A stretch of 64,000 nt of DNA, taken from IMG/VR virus record IMGVR_UViG_3300007513_000005; one strand, written 5' to 3'. Positions 33,314-44,141 of the stretch are shown piece after piece. The stretch's first letter is position 1; every line of letters starts with the position of its first letter. The stretch is from a virus. The translations under genes and the position numbers were made by a program. The notes under the pieces were generated by a model, which had not been told where the DNA came from, searched no databases, and saw only the letters and a program-made list of their open reading frames with translations.

Positions 33314-33442
33314 ATAAGTAACTAGTATTTACAAGAACATTCTGTCTGCTGATATTCAATTTGCCTATCGTAATCCCTATACCAAAACACTACCGCAGTC
33401 AATATTAGAGACCAAAGTATTAAGGAAGTTTGTTCAAGAACT

Positions 33443-34000
33443 TTAGGCGATAGTTTGATAGTTAGTCACCTCCACGACTTTCGAAAGGTCATACTTATAC
33501 TTAGCAGCAACGTTTGGTCTGCTCCTACTTTCCGCTTCTTGGATTAGGAACTTGAGCCTCTTAAACAACAACTCACAGTTTATATAAAACTGAAAGGCTT
33601 TGACCAACACACTAACACCCGTGAAACTCATGGAGGTAGTATTTTCACTGAAACAAGTTCTGTCCTTCATATCGTTTCTGAACTCAATCTTCATCATTGT
33701 CTTAGACTTTAATGAGAGTTCCCTTCCAGCTGAATGATCTACTTGAAAATATAAATCACTCAACCCTATTGTGTCCAAAGACTTATAAGTTTCACCAAAG
33801 TGATTGACCAATGCATTAAATCCAGCGTCGACGAGACCAACTCCGTTACCAGAAAATTCTCTCTCTTCCGAATTGTACTGCATCTTCAATGTAATGTCTG
33901 TTTGGTTCCTTTCTTCATATAAATTAAGTGATAGTAGTTTTAACTCTACCCTCTCTTTAAGATATTCCACGAAATACTTCAAGATAAGATCTCTGTTCAT
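33443..34000 (-). CDS. Stand-alone LeuA allosteric (dimerisation) domain-like protein
   Basis: FSGNGVGLVDAGFNAL...LSDLYFQV resembles the GNGPVDA..NAL motif. Confidence 0.5.
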   Translation of the reverse strand: MNRDLILKYFVEYLKERVELKLLSLNLYEERNQTDITLKMQYNSEEREFSGNGVGLVDAGFNALVNHFGETYKSLDTIGLSDLYFQVDHSAGRELSLKSKTMMKIEFRNDMKDRTCFSENTTSMSFTGVSVLVKAFQFYINCELLFKRLKFLIQEAESRSRPNVAAKYKYDLSKVVEVTNYQTIA

Positions 34001-34380
34001 ACTGTTGTCTTTTCAAATCCCTGTGAAACTTTAAAAATTTTGCGAACGCCTTTTGTTTGTTTGATCATTCTGAGGATCTTTAATTTTGCATCCTCTGGTG
34101 ATCTGATCATTCCTGGTAGACTAGGTATGAACTTTACCTTCAACCCTGCTATGTAATCTGTTTCTGATATTTTCTGATTCTTTACCATGATGGTTACAAC
34201 GGTGATACTAGGGATTGCTCGAATATCGGCAACGATGTCCTCCAACCCTCTATATCCTCTCTCACCGCCAGATTCGGACTTGTATCCTAACATCATATAG
34301 AACTGGTAAACGCCCGTCTGTCGGGAGCGATCCTGCCTTTCTTGGATGAGCGAGTCAAAATAATCTTGAACTTCTTTCAT
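33997..34380 (-). CDS. Hypothetical protein (putative late)
   Basis: LEDIVADIRAIPSITVV...LKVKF; ACTATTTA 16 nt upstream. Confidence 0.7.
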   Translation of the reverse strand: MKEVQDYFDSLIQERQDRSRQTGVYQFYMMLGYKSESGGERGYRGLEDIVADIRAIPSITVVTIMVKNQKISETDYIAGLKVKFIPSLPGMIRSPEDAKLKILRMIKQTKGVRKIFKVSQGFEKTTV

Positions 34381-34420
34381 AAATAATACCTTACATTAAA
34401 TAGTCAAAGGTGGAAGTAAA

Positions 34421-34440
34421 AGAGGGGCAAAAGCCCCTCT
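34421..34440 (-). terminator. Intrinsic terminator after hsp20
   Basis: AGAGGGGC-TTTT-GCCCCTCT followed by TTTT. Confidence 0.8.
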
Positions 34441-34447
34441 TATGTAT

Positions 34448-34882
34448 TTAGTCAATCTTGATTGACAGTGGTTGTACCTCTGGGCGCTGCGGAACTCTAA
34501 CTGAAAGCAAACCGTTCTCAAACTGCGCTTGTGCTGCAGCAAGATCAAGGTTGTCGTCATAGTTAACGTACGTTTTCGTGAAGTTCCTACGGGCAATGCG
34601 TTGGCGCTTCTCGTTGTTCTCGTCTACCTGACCAGTTATAGTGATTGACCGCTTATCAGTCTGAATGTCAATAGTGAGTTCTTTCTTCTTGAACCCTGCT
34701 AGGGCAAACTCCAGAATTGTAGAACCATCGTCGTCTCGATAAATGTCGGCAACGGGATAGCCCTTTGTTGTGTGCTTAATCGCACCATCCATAAAGTGTT
34801 GATCACTAAACAGATTATCTAAAACTTCACTTAAGTACTTGTGACCCAGAAGTCCTGGTCTATGTATTGCTATGTTGTTCAT
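34448..34882 (-). CDS. hsp20: Small heat shock protein (Hsp20/IbpA family)
   Basis: YPVADIY, FALAGFKK, IARRNF, FENGLLSV. Confidence 0.92.
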   Translation of the reverse strand: MNNIAIHRPGLLGHKYLSEVLDNLFSDQHFMDGAIKHTTKGYPVADIYRDDDGSTILEFALAGFKKKELTIDIQTDKRSITITGQVDENNEKRQRIARRNFTKTYVNYDDNLDLAAAQAQFENGLLSVRVPQRPEVQPLSIKID

Positions 34883-34944
34883 GTTATTTCCTCCTTATTA
34901 AGCAAGTTACATTTTATGATCAAGTCCCGAAGCAACTCAATCAT
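34883..34944 (-). promoter_or_regulatory. ROSE-type RNA thermometer in the hsp20 5' UTR
   Basis: CUUGCUU-AAU-AAGGAG hairpin (UUGCU with bulged G opposite the AGGA SD) preceded by a cUUCGg hairpin. Confidence 0.65.
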
Positions 34945-34950
34945 ACCTAT

Positions 34951-34979
34951 ATTATAAGCACTGCCCAATAGAATGTCAA
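34951..34979 (-). promoter_or_regulatory. Consensus sigma70 promoter of hsp20
   Basis: TTGACA-17-TATAAT. Confidence 0.85.
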
Positions 34980-35314
34980 TAGTAAAGTTGAATAAAAATT
35001 ATTAAAACCGCTAGTCCGAAACAGACCATAGTCTTGGGCGTGAGCATCGACTCTCCCAATAGAAACCAAGTCAGTATAGGAAATATGATCAGTCCTGCCG
35101 AAGACCCTATAAATCTTGCTGTCCATGCTGAACCAGTCTCATCGACAATAAACTTCCAAGAATACCAAAAAGCAAGTGAACACGGCACACCCAACACAAA
35201 TGCTGCAGTGATTGGTTTGTCTTTCCACCAGTCAGAGATATATTGAGAATTTAATTGAAACCACCCTACGATCTGGCCAACGAAAACCAGTACGATACCT
35301 AACGACATCTTCAT
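34976..35314 (-). CDS. 4-TM SMR/DMT-like membrane protein
   Basis: 112 aa, four hydrophobic helices, FLLGE motif. Confidence 0.65.
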   Translation of the reverse strand: MKMSLGIVLVFVGQIVGWFQLNSQYISDWWKDKPITAAFVLGVPCSLAFWYSWKFIVDETGSAWTARFIGSSAGLIIFPILTWFLLGESMLTPKTMVCFGLAVLIIFIQLYY

Positions 35315-35664
35315 CAGTGTACTTCCAGACTCAGCGATGCATCTTTTAAAAGTTTCTTAGACTCAGATAATGCCAACAAACATTTCCAAATGTTTGCTAT
35401 CTCTTCTTCTAGAAGTTCAAGTTCTCCATTTTCGTTCAACTCAACAACCTCTATCAGTTCATCCAGGAAATTTCTAAATATAAAAGCGTTGACGCAGATC
35501 TTGTTTAACTCCTGATAAACAGTCTCTGAGACGTTCATGTCCTCACAATGTGCTGCTCTCAAAAGTTCCTTACTGAAGCTCAAACACTCAACAGTCCATT
35601 TGCGCCATTCTTCCAGAGAATCAGGTTTGAACTTCAGTTTGATATCACTATCTCCCGCTGACAA
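35314..35664 (-). CDS. Hypothetical helical protein
   Basis: 116-aa coupled ORF. Confidence 0.6.
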   Translation of the reverse strand: MSAGDSDIKLKFKPDSLEEWRKWTVECLSFSKELLRAAHCEDMNVSETVYQELNKICVNAFIFRNFLDELIEVVELNENGELELLEEEIANIWKCLLALSESKKLLKDASLSLEVH

Positions 35665-36049
35665 AACCCTTACCCCAAAAATGTTTGCTGTTTCTTTCTT
35701 CTGTTATAAGCAATACACTGATAAACATATCTTCTTGCTTTCTAATCACCTTAGCACTGTGAAGTTCTAGACTTCCATACTTTGGTTTCCTAATTCTTCT
35801 CTGAAACTTTCTTCTTGGGGGAGGGGCATTTAGAAATTCTATACACCCGTCTATTAAATCTTCATCGGTAACCGAAGGCGGGATGGAGTCCTCGACCCTA
35901 ATCCTCGCAGCAATTACCCACTTCTTCGATGCGAACCCTGGTACATTCCAAAACATACTTCCATGGTATCTACCGAATTTAGTCTTGCCTTTTGCAAACT
36001 TCCTAATACCTTCATGTTCATAAATCGGTTCTAAATCACAACTAATCAC
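35648..36049 (-). CDS. Hypothetical protein
   Basis: 133-aa coupled ORF. Confidence 0.65.
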   Translation of the reverse strand: MISCDLEPIYEHEGIRKFAKGKTKFGRYHGSMFWNVPGFASKKWVIAARIRVEDSIPPSVTDEDLIDGCIEFLNAPPPRRKFQRRIRKPKYGSLELHSAKVIRKQEDMFISVLLITEERNSKHFWGKGFVSGR

Positions 36050-36296
36050 TTAATTCGCCTTTCAGGTCATCACAACCACCAACTAATTTAACTATACCAG
36101 TTTCTCCGTCGATGCGCAAGACAATTGGTACCGTGCGGTGGTCATAAAACTTCTTCGCTTCTTCTAGGAACTCTCGATCGTCCTCTAGGTCAAAAAAATC
36201 ATATTCTATACCAGCAAAATCCAGGAGATGCACAGCCTCTATACAGTACGGACAAGAGGATCGCCCATAAACTAAATAACTTGTCCCCCTAGCCAT
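36042..36296 (-). CDS. Glutaredoxin
   Basis: CPYC, TVPIV, VGGCDDL. Confidence 0.92.
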   Translation of the reverse strand: MARGTSYLVYGRSSCPYCIEAVHLLDFAGIEYDFFDLEDDREFLEEAKKFYDHRTVPIVLRIDGETGIVKLVGGCDDLKGELSD

Positions 36297-36573
36297 TGAG
36301 AAGTCTCCTGGTGTCCTTCATAGACTTCAATACCTGTGCGTATTCTCCCAGGACTGTAATTCTTGCTACAGATGATCCCATAGAATATACAACTTCTGTA
36401 AACTTAAGGTCGTCTGCGGTGTTACCATTAACTTCCTGGATGTTCTGATGAGAAGGACTCACCGAGATAATAGAGTTTGTATTAATCGACATTGGTGTTG
36501 TGCTGAACACGTCCCTAACCAATCCATTATTAAATGCAGAATCTCTCGACAGTACATCAAGCGTTATCATCAT
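36289..36573 (-). CDS. Hypothetical protein
   Basis: Start revised to MMITLD at 36573. Confidence 0.6.
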   Translation of the reverse strand: MMITLDVLSRDSAFNNGLVRDVFSTTPMSINTNSIISVSPSHQNIQEVNGNTADDLKFTEVVYSMGSSVARITVLGEYAQVLKSMKDTRRLLNG

Positions 36574-36844
36574 CGCTAGGTGCCTCCCTTTTTGGTTCCA
36601 CAAACATGGCTTTCATGAACCCACTCAAGATAGACTCACAATCAGCGTACGATTCGGAAAGGTCCGCAGATAACTGCCTCATTCTACCCAGGTCGTTCAG
36701 GGACTTAACTCCCAGATCACCTGCGTGGATTTCCTGCGTTATCTCTTTGATTTGTGATATCAAATCTTCGTTCTTTTTCACAATTTCTTTAATCTTATTT
36801 GGTATTTCTTCCAAATCGATCGTATAAGATACTTTTACCTTCAT
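36557..36844 (-). CDS. Hypothetical coiled-coil protein
   Basis: GGAG SD; MKVKVSYTIDLEEIP. Confidence 0.7.
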   Translation of the reverse strand: MKVKVSYTIDLEEIPNKIKEIVKKNEDLISQIKEITQEIHAGDLGVKSLNDLGRMRQLSADLSESYADCESILSGFMKAMFVEPKREAPSDDDNA

Positions 36845-36859
36845 TATTTCTCCGTGTTA

Positions 36860-37129
36860 TTACAAAACTTTAATAAGCAATGCACTTGCAAGACCCACGA
36901 CGGCCGTAAACAAAGTCCAGATAACCTTGGAAGATGTATCTCTCCAGGACTCAAGCGCCCTGATGCGTGCGTAGAGTCCCTCATCTGGGTTGTATACGGC
37001 TTCTTTGATCTTGCCGACATTCTCCATCATCTCATCCTGTCGATCCTTAACTGTCTCAATTGCTAAACATAACTTATCTAGTTTTCTAGTCAACTCTAAC
37101 ACCAAGTTCCTATCAAGATCTTCTGACAT
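36860..37129 (-). CDS. Coiled-coil plus C-terminal TM protein (XhlA/holin-like)
   Basis: RIRALESWR then TM IWTLFTAVVGLASALLIKVL; ACTAGTTA upstream. Confidence 0.55.
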   Translation of the reverse strand: MSEDLDRNLVLELTRKLDKLCLAIETVKDRQDEMMENVGKIKEAVYNPDEGLYARIRALESWRDTSSKVIWTLFTAVVGLASALLIKVL

Positions 37130-37182
37130 TTATTAACCCTCCTGGACTTCATCCACACAATAACTAGTTGCGACAAGGGCAA

Positions 37183-38766
<1,584 letters not shown>

Positions 38767-38783
38767 TCACTTTGTATGGTTAT

Positions 38784-38812
38784 ATTATAATCAAGTATAC
38801 ACTAGATGTCAA
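38784..38812 (-). promoter_or_regulatory. Consensus sigma70 promoter of groEL
   Basis: TTGACA-17-TATAAT. Confidence 0.85.
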
Positions 38813-38820
38813 GTGGTTTG

Positions 38821-39765
38821 TTAGATTTTTTCGGCAGCGGCCTTTGTTTTGACAGTCTTCTTTATTGTCTTGGATTTTTGAGCGGACGTCTCTTTCTTTC
38901 CTTGGATCGATGCGTCAGTCTTAAACCTCTCCGCAGCAGTAACGAGTTCCTGCAGCGTTGAAAAGAGATTCTTAAATTTTGAATCAAGTGCTTGAAAGAG
39001 TTTTTCTGTATAATCAACAGCATTCGATAAGTCCAATGTTCCTATGTCCTTAAATTCATATATTGAATCCTTTAGTTCGTCGGGTTTTAACACAAACGTG
39101 CCGCCCTTGACCAACCGATTCTTCTTGTTTCGGGACAATGAAGATTCCATCTTGTTATATGCATCTATATTTATGACAAATCTATAGAACCTAATCTTCT
39201 GGTCTTCTGGGAACTTTTCGCCAACAATGTAGGTCAAATATCCATCCGACTGGAGATGTGTACGCAAGTTCTTGTAAGATCCTTGTACATTCGATCCTGG
39301 TTTGATAAATTTAAGTGACACGGGCATTCCTGGGAAGTCCACATCGGCCAAGTTAGTCGCAGTGCTCTGGATTACCTTACCACCGAAGATCTCAGCCAGA
39401 AGGTGCTCAAACTGATACCCTTTGGCTGATTGATTTGGTGCGGACAACAGATTGTGCAAAGTGCGTAAGACATCAACCTTAGCGATAGATGCTACATGAT
39501 CGTTGATATCTATCTCTTCAGTTAAGAACTGGTTCATTCGCTGAATAAAACTACTCAACTCTGCAATGCTTCCAGGAACAACGTTTGCGACAGCTGTCTG
39601 AAGTCTTTTTAAACTTTCTGGTTTGGTTGCGTCTGATGCATCATTCATCCAGTTGAAGTCCATAACAATTGGTTGATACTCTATTGTTGCTGGTTCTTCC
39701 TTGTTCTCCGAAATAGGTTTTCCAACTTTGGCGAACAACTCAACTAAAAGATCTAAATCACTCAT
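38821..39765 (-). CDS. Protein with PD-(D/E)xK nuclease-like core
   Basis: GYQFEHLLA...LADV...VSLKF. Confidence 0.5.
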   Translation of the reverse strand: MSDLDLLVELFAKVGKPISENKEEPATIEYQPIVMDFNWMNDASDATKPESLKRLQTAVANVVPGSIAELSSFIQRMNQFLTEEIDINDHVASIAKVDVLRTLHNLLSAPNQSAKGYQFEHLLAEIFGGKVIQSTATNLADVDFPGMPVSLKFIKPGSNVQGSYKNLRTHLQSDGYLTYIVGEKFPEDQKIRFYRFVINIDAYNKMESSLSRNKKNRLVKGGTFVLKPDELKDSIYEFKDIGTLDLSNAVDYTEKLFQALDSKFKNLFSTLQELVTAAERFKTDASIQGKKETSAQKSKTIKKTVKTKAAAEKI

Positions 39766-40568
39766 AGATAATCATCTGCGATCCCGTATTTGATCGCTTC
39801 CTCTGCAGATAAATAGGCATCAACGTTGTTTAAAAGTAACTTTTTAATCTTGTTCCTGGTTAGTTTCGTACATGAACAGAGGTAATCAAAATACATGTTT
39901 TGTAACTCTTTGGTTTCCTTCATCTCATTCTCAATATTGGGAAACGAACCGTGATGTCCACTAATGACACTATGAAGCATCACTCTGCAGTTCTTGCCGA
40001 TCTTTCTTCGCCCCTTTGTACCGCTGGCAAGGATCAATACCCCTGCTGACATTACTTTACCGATACCAATCGTTTCGATGTCACAATCTTGCTTGATTGT
40101 ACTCATAATATCAATGATAGAAAACATATCAGATACAATACCTCCATGAGTGGAGATGTACAACTTGAAAGGCTTCTTCACCTCAACCATACTACCATCT
40201 TCAATCTCCACAACCGATGTCTTGGTGTGATCAAAGTAAAGCATTGCCTGGACAACCTCGGCCGCCATTCGTTCTGAGATGTCCCCATAACAATTGATTG
40301 CTCGTATATCGTCCTTATCGTCCTTACCTGCAATGTTATTGACGATGTATATCGGTTGCTTTCCAGAATCAATGATTTCATCGGCAAAATCATTTGCCAA
40401 TTCTTCAAGGGTCTCTTCTTTCTTCTTTTTCTTCTTTTTGGAAGATTTTCTCGGCACTACGAATTCTCCAAAACTATTGTTTATCAATCCCTCTGGTGCT
40501 TCGACCTTCTTAGATAACTTTCTTGGCATTGTAAACTCTCTCCTTGTTTGTTGGCGTTTTTTCGACAA
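39762..40568 (-). CDS. clpP: ClpP-family protease with basic N-terminal extension
   Basis: YISTHGG, VMSAG (Ser), MLH (His), DAYLSAEEAIKYGIAD (Asp); start may be MPRKL at 40529. Confidence 0.88.
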   Translation of the reverse strand: MSKKRQQTRREFTMPRKLSKKVEAPEGLINNSFGEFVVPRKSSKKKKKKKEETLEELANDFADEIIDSGKQPIYIVNNIAGKDDKDDIRAINCYGDISERMAAEVVQAMLYFDHTKTSVVEIEDGSMVEVKKPFKLYISTHGGIVSDMFSIIDIMSTIKQDCDIETIGIGKVMSAGVLILASGTKGRRKIGKNCRVMLHSVISGHHGSFPNIENEMKETKELQNMYFDYLCSCTKLTRNKIKKLLLNNVDAYLSAEEAIKYGIADDYL

Positions 40569-40809
40569 TTCTGAACGGGAAAGTTCTTAAGAACGACTTC
40601 CACTTATTATCATTCTGAAACTCTCTTTGCAAAATAAGGATCGATTCCTTTCGCTTTGGACTAAATCCCGTAGAACATTCATTCCACTCACCCAACTCCC
40701 TTAACAAAGTCTTGACCTTTCGACCATCCTTATATCTTAATTGTATTCTACATACGACGGTCTTGTCGTCGTTCCTAACTTCTCTCCAAGCAACGATATC
40801 CATGCTCAC
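40510..40809 (-). CDS. Hypothetical protein
   Basis: 99 aa, AGGAG SD. Confidence 0.65.
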   Translation of the reverse strand: MSMDIVAWREVRNDDKTVVCRIQLRYKDGRKVKTLLRELGEWNECSTGFSPKRKESILILQREFQNDNKWKSFLRTFPFRIVEKTPTNKERVYNAKKVI

Positions 40810-40811
40810 TC

Positions 40812-41162
40812 CTACTGTTTAAAATCTTTAAAATCTGTTTCCTGAAAGTACTTTATATAACTCTTTGGTGCACCTCTCAATATAATCGCTGTGCATACAA
40901 GATCCCACTTCCGTACGACCTCTTCTTCATTCGCACAAAGTTTTGAGATCTCTTCTTTTGAAAGTCCCGATTCTTCAAGATGTCCTTTCTTCATCTCGAA
41001 TGCAATCCTAAGTTGTTCTTTGAAATCTTGTGAAATCAACAGGAACTGTGCCATGATCTTCACAATCATGTCTCGCTGTTCCTTTGCGTGCATAAACCTG
41101 GAGAGTGCTCTTGTGAGCACTGCTCCAGTTACGAACCAAAATAATGAATAGGTTATTTCCAT
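40812..41162 (-). CDS. Membrane-anchored hypothetical protein
   Basis: N-terminal TM; promoter TTGACC-17-TACTAT (41169-41197) ends 6 nt before the ATG. Confidence 0.65.
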   Translation of the reverse strand: MEITYSLFWFVTGAVLTRALSRFMHAKEQRDMIVKIMAQFLLISQDFKEQLRIAFEMKKGHLEESGLSKEEISKLCANEEEVVRKWDLVCTAIILRGAPKSYIKYFQETDFKDFKQ

Positions 41163-41210
41163 GGTCTTATAGTACCAAGTCCTTATGGTGGGGTCAAGTC
41201 AAAAATCAGA

Positions 41211-41810
41211 TTACTTGCTTTTTTTAACAAGTGATTCAGAGATTCGCTTTGCAACTCTGCTTGCGATGCGCTCTGCGATCTCTTCGAGTTCTTCCTGATC
41301 TACTTCCTGAAGTGGTGCCTCTTCGTCGTCGAGTGGTTCCTCTTCAGCTGCTGGTTCATCAAGAGCAGGCTCTTCTTCATCGCCCAATCCCTCTTCAGCG
41401 CCACCTACTGCAGACAAAATCTGGTCGAGAATATCGCGAGCAGTCTGTAAAGAAGCAACATCACCTTCTGGGATATCAACCTCAACATCCTGTCCTTCTT
41501 CTGGACCTTCTTCAGCACCTAAATCGTCTTCGAGTCCTGGATCTTCTGGTGCTGGTTCTTCAGCAGCCATATCATCCTCAGCTGCATAGTCTAGTCCACC
41601 CTCTTCAACGGTCTCTTCCTCTAGTTCTTCCGTTGCCTCTTCGATCTCTTCTTCAACGGTCTCTTCCTCTAGTTCTTCCGTTGCCTCTTCGATCTCTTCT
41701 TCCTCACCAAAGACAAATGCCTTTTCGTGAATTGGTTTAAGTCCTGCTAGTTTCCAGAACCTCTTGGTTGTTGCCTCGTTTAAGAGTGCTTTCTTGTTTT
41801 CATTTGACAT
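41211..41810 (-). CDS. Highly acidic protein, putative prohead core/scaffold
   Basis: LLNEATTKRFWKLAG N-terminus, Glu-rich with many (L/I)xE motifs, C-terminal IAERIASRVAKRI helix. Confidence 0.55.
   Translation of the reverse strand: MSNENKKALLNEATTKRFWKLAGLKPIHEKAFVFGEEEEIEEATEELEEETVEEEIEEATEELEEETVEEGGLDYAAEDDMAAEEPAPEDPGLEDDLGAEEGPEEGQDVEVDIPEGDVASLQTARDILDQILSAVGGAEEGLGDEEEPALDEPAAEEEPLDDEEAPLQEVDQEELEEIAERIASRVAKRISESLVKKSK
41602..41697. repeat. Perfect 48-nt in-frame tandem duplication
   Basis: Two copies encoding EIEEATEELEEETVEE. Confidence 0.9.
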
Positions 41811-41881
41811 GTCATTCTCCTTATGAAAATAGTGTTTTTTGTTAACATTAATAAATAGAGTCGAAACTTACAAAAAGGAGA

Positions 41882-42172
41882 TTAAAATTCATCCTTCAAA
41901 TCCTCCAGTAAATCCTGCGTCTCTTTCTTGTTAGATAGTTTCCTTAGTGCATTAATTTCTATCTGCCTCACCTTTAAATAGTTTATCTGCAGTCGTTCTG
42001 CACACTCATGCAGAGTCAAACCCTTGTCGGATCCGTCCTTGCCCTTTTCTTCTATCGAAATCAAACAACAGTTGTTCTCCTGTTCGTAGTCTATCCATTG
42101 TCTGCAGTCGGTGTTGGGGCATCCAATCTCCGATAGCTTGCATTTCTTGGCGCATTCTGGTAAACAACTCAT
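41882..42172 (-). CDS. Cys-rich domain plus sigma70 region-4-like HTH
   Basis: C...C..C......C....C...CC then LTLHECAERLQINYLKVRQIEINALRKL. Confidence 0.72.
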   Translation of the reverse strand: MSCLPECAKKCKLSEIGCPNTDCRQWIDYEQENNCCLISIEEKGKDGSDKGLTLHECAERLQINYLKVRQIEINALRKLSNKKETQDLLEDLKDEF

Positions 42173-42534
42173 TCGGCGTCATCTTCTCCTCTTTCAATCA
42201 AATCAAAGACAAAGTCAATATCCTGATCGGTGATTCCCAGATCTCGCAGGGTTTGATTGCCTTGTTCAATGTCTTTGTTTTGTCTCTCAATTTTCTTTTT
42301 TCCAATTTTGTTCTTCTCCTGTTTTACTTTTGTAATGTACATCAAAATGTTTGGATCATTGTTGATGTACCCTGTAACCATAGACTTAAAGAAGTCGACC
42401 TGACTTATGCCATCCCTCCTTAACTTAAGTCTCAACTCCGCATGCCTCTTGTCTGTGTCTGCGAAAGTTATCTTTTTTTCTTCCTGTCCGTACCTATAAT
42501 AACCCACGATATAACCCACACGCTCTCCTGACAT
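42169..42534 (-). CDS. Putative DNA-binding protein
   Basis: KKITFADTDKRHAELRLKLRRDGISQ (ribbon-helix-helix-like). Confidence 0.55.
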   Translation of the reverse strand: MSGERVGYIVGYYRYGQEEKKITFADTDKRHAELRLKLRRDGISQVDFFKSMVTGYINNDPNILMYITKVKQEKNKIGKKKIERQNKDIEQGNQTLRDLGITDQDIDFVFDLIERGEDDAE

Positions 42535-42751
42535 GCTCCTGGTCAGGGTTTTGACAGATTGTTTCGCTTATCGCAAAGCACATAGCCGTTCCCGTATAGT
42601 CCCTCAAAGTACAATTCGCGTTGCACTCCGATAGATGCCATACGGAAGACGGGTTGTAACAAACCTGTATACCGAGAGATCTAGTAACTGGTTCCTCTAC
42701 TGTGGAATTGTCACCACAACCAAGTACCACTATCAACAACAAATATCTCAA
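42494..42751 (-). CDS. Cys-rich lipoprotein
   Basis: Lipobox VVLG-CGD; 6 further Cys. Confidence 0.7.
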   Translation of the reverse strand: MRYLLLIVVLGCGDNSTVEEPVTRSLGIQVCYNPSSVWHLSECNANCTLRDYTGTAMCFAISETICQNPDQEHVRRACGLYRGLL

Positions 42752-42891
42752 TCGAAATACCTCTCCCTAATGTATCGAATAAAGTCTTGCAAACAAAAGA
42801 GCGTAGCAACTATTGCCGCGAAGATCAGCGAAGTACCTATTGCGGTAGCTACCAGATCCCAATTATGTTCGATCGTACAAACTTCGTCCAC
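42748..42891 (-). CDS. Small membrane peptide (47 aa)
   Basis: GTG with GGAGG SD 7 nt upstream; TM LVATAIGTSLIFAAIVATLFCL; TGA overlaps the next TTG; not in track. Confidence 0.65.
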   Translation of the reverse strand: MDEVCTIEHNWDLVATAIGTSLIFAAIVATLFCLQDFIRYIRERYFD

Positions 42892-42892
42892 A

Positions 42893-43888
42893 CTAGTTCC
42901 TCCTAAGTATATGTGTACTGCTCTCTATCTGAGAAGCATTCGACTGAATAATAAACTCTGCCTTGGCCTGAAGTTGGGTTATGTTCCTTGCTCCAGAGTA
43001 CGAAAGACCTGATCTTACATTCTGCGTTAAACTTTCAACTATCCCCACAACCGACCCCTTATATGGAATCGTAGTGGAAATACCCTCAAGAGACCTGGCA
43101 GATCCGCGCCAATCCTGCTGTGCTTCCACTGATGCCATTCCCCTATAGACCTTATATTTACTACCATCAGTACTCTGAAAGGTCTCTCCAGGACTTTCGT
43201 CTGTGCCAGCTAACATTGACCCCAGCATCACAAAGTCTGCTCCTGCAGCAAGAGCCTTGACTATATCGCCTGCAGTCTTTATGCCGCCGTCAGCAATAAT
43301 CACTGCGCCGTCCTCATAACTACAAGTCAACACCGATTCAAAAGTTGGGACACCATGACCAGTCTGGACCCTGGTTGAGCAGATTGATCCACCACCAATT
43401 CCAATCCTTACTGCATCTGCGCCCCACTCCGAGAGGGCAACGTATGCCTTCGGTGTGGCGACGTTACCAGCGATGACATTAACTTCCTCACCATACTTAT
43501 CTTTAATTGTTTTCAGGGCCCTCTCAACCAAAACGTGATGTCCGTGGGCGACGTCTAAACAGAAAGTCGAAACACCCACATCATTAAGAGACTTGACCCT
43601 ATCCATGAAATCACCAGAAACACCAATGGCGGCGGCCGCGTTAGAAGGGGTCATCTGAATTTGCTCTTCTTTAGTGCAATATCTGTGTGTTATTGCAAGG
43701 GCGCCCAACTCTCCAAAGGTGCTTGCCATTCGCAACCCAGTTACCGTATCCATCGGACTTGATATGATTGGCAAGTAATACGTCCTATTCCCCAGCTGGC
43801 GGGTGAGGTCAATTTCCGATCTCGACTCCACGTCGCTAAATTGAGGCACTAATAAAACGTCATCAAAACTATGTGTTTGTCTTTTCAT
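42893..43888 (-). CDS. IMP dehydrogenase / GMP reductase family protein (no CBS domains)
   Basis: [46 protein letters not shown]. Confidence 0.9.
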   Translation of the reverse strand: MKRQTHSFDDVLLVPQFSDVESRSEIDLTRQLGNRTYYLPIISSPMDTVTGLRMASTFGELGALAITHRYCTKEEQIQMTPSNAAAAIGVSGDFMDRVKSLNDVGVSTFCLDVAHGHHVLVERALKTIKDKYGEEVNVIAGNVATPKAYVALSEWGADAVRIGIGGGSICSTRVQTGHGVPTFESVLTCSYEDGAVIIADGGIKTAGDIVKALAAGADFVMLGSMLAGTDESPGETFQSTDGSKYKVYRGMASVEAQQDWRGSARSLEGISTTIPYKGSVVGIVESLTQNVRSGLSYSGARNITQLQAKAEFIIQSNASQIESSTHILRRN

Positions 43889-44141
43889 TTAATTCTTTTC
43901 CTATCTCATCAAGGAGATTCGTTGCCTTGGACCAGCAATCTGGACAATAAAGGTTTACTCGACCCTCTTTCTCCCTGACCACAACATTCCACGTTCTTAC
44001 TTGTTCTTTATTCATCCTATCATAGGGAGCGAGACAAGTCAAGCAATGATCTGGTAATTTGTCAAATAATCCAACTTTCACTTGCATATCTTTTTCTGCT
44101 TGCTTCTTTCTCGCTCTCTTTAGTTTTCTTGTAGCACTCAT
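43869..44141 (-). CDS. Hypothetical Zn-binding protein
   Basis: CLTC and CPDC. Confidence 0.7.
   Translation of the reverse strand: MSATRKLKRARKKQAEKDMQVKVGLFDKLPDHCLTCLAPYDRMNKEQVRTWNVVVREKEGRVNLYCPDCWSKATNLLDEIGKELNEKTNT

Noticed and set aside
41602-41697. Tandem repeat as a possible CRISPR array
   Set aside because: Contiguous in-frame coding duplication without spacers; no CRISPR array seen anywhere in the window.
41231-41740. 169-aa Leu/Arg/Pro plus-strand ORF
   Set aside because: Shadow of the GAA-rich acidic gene.
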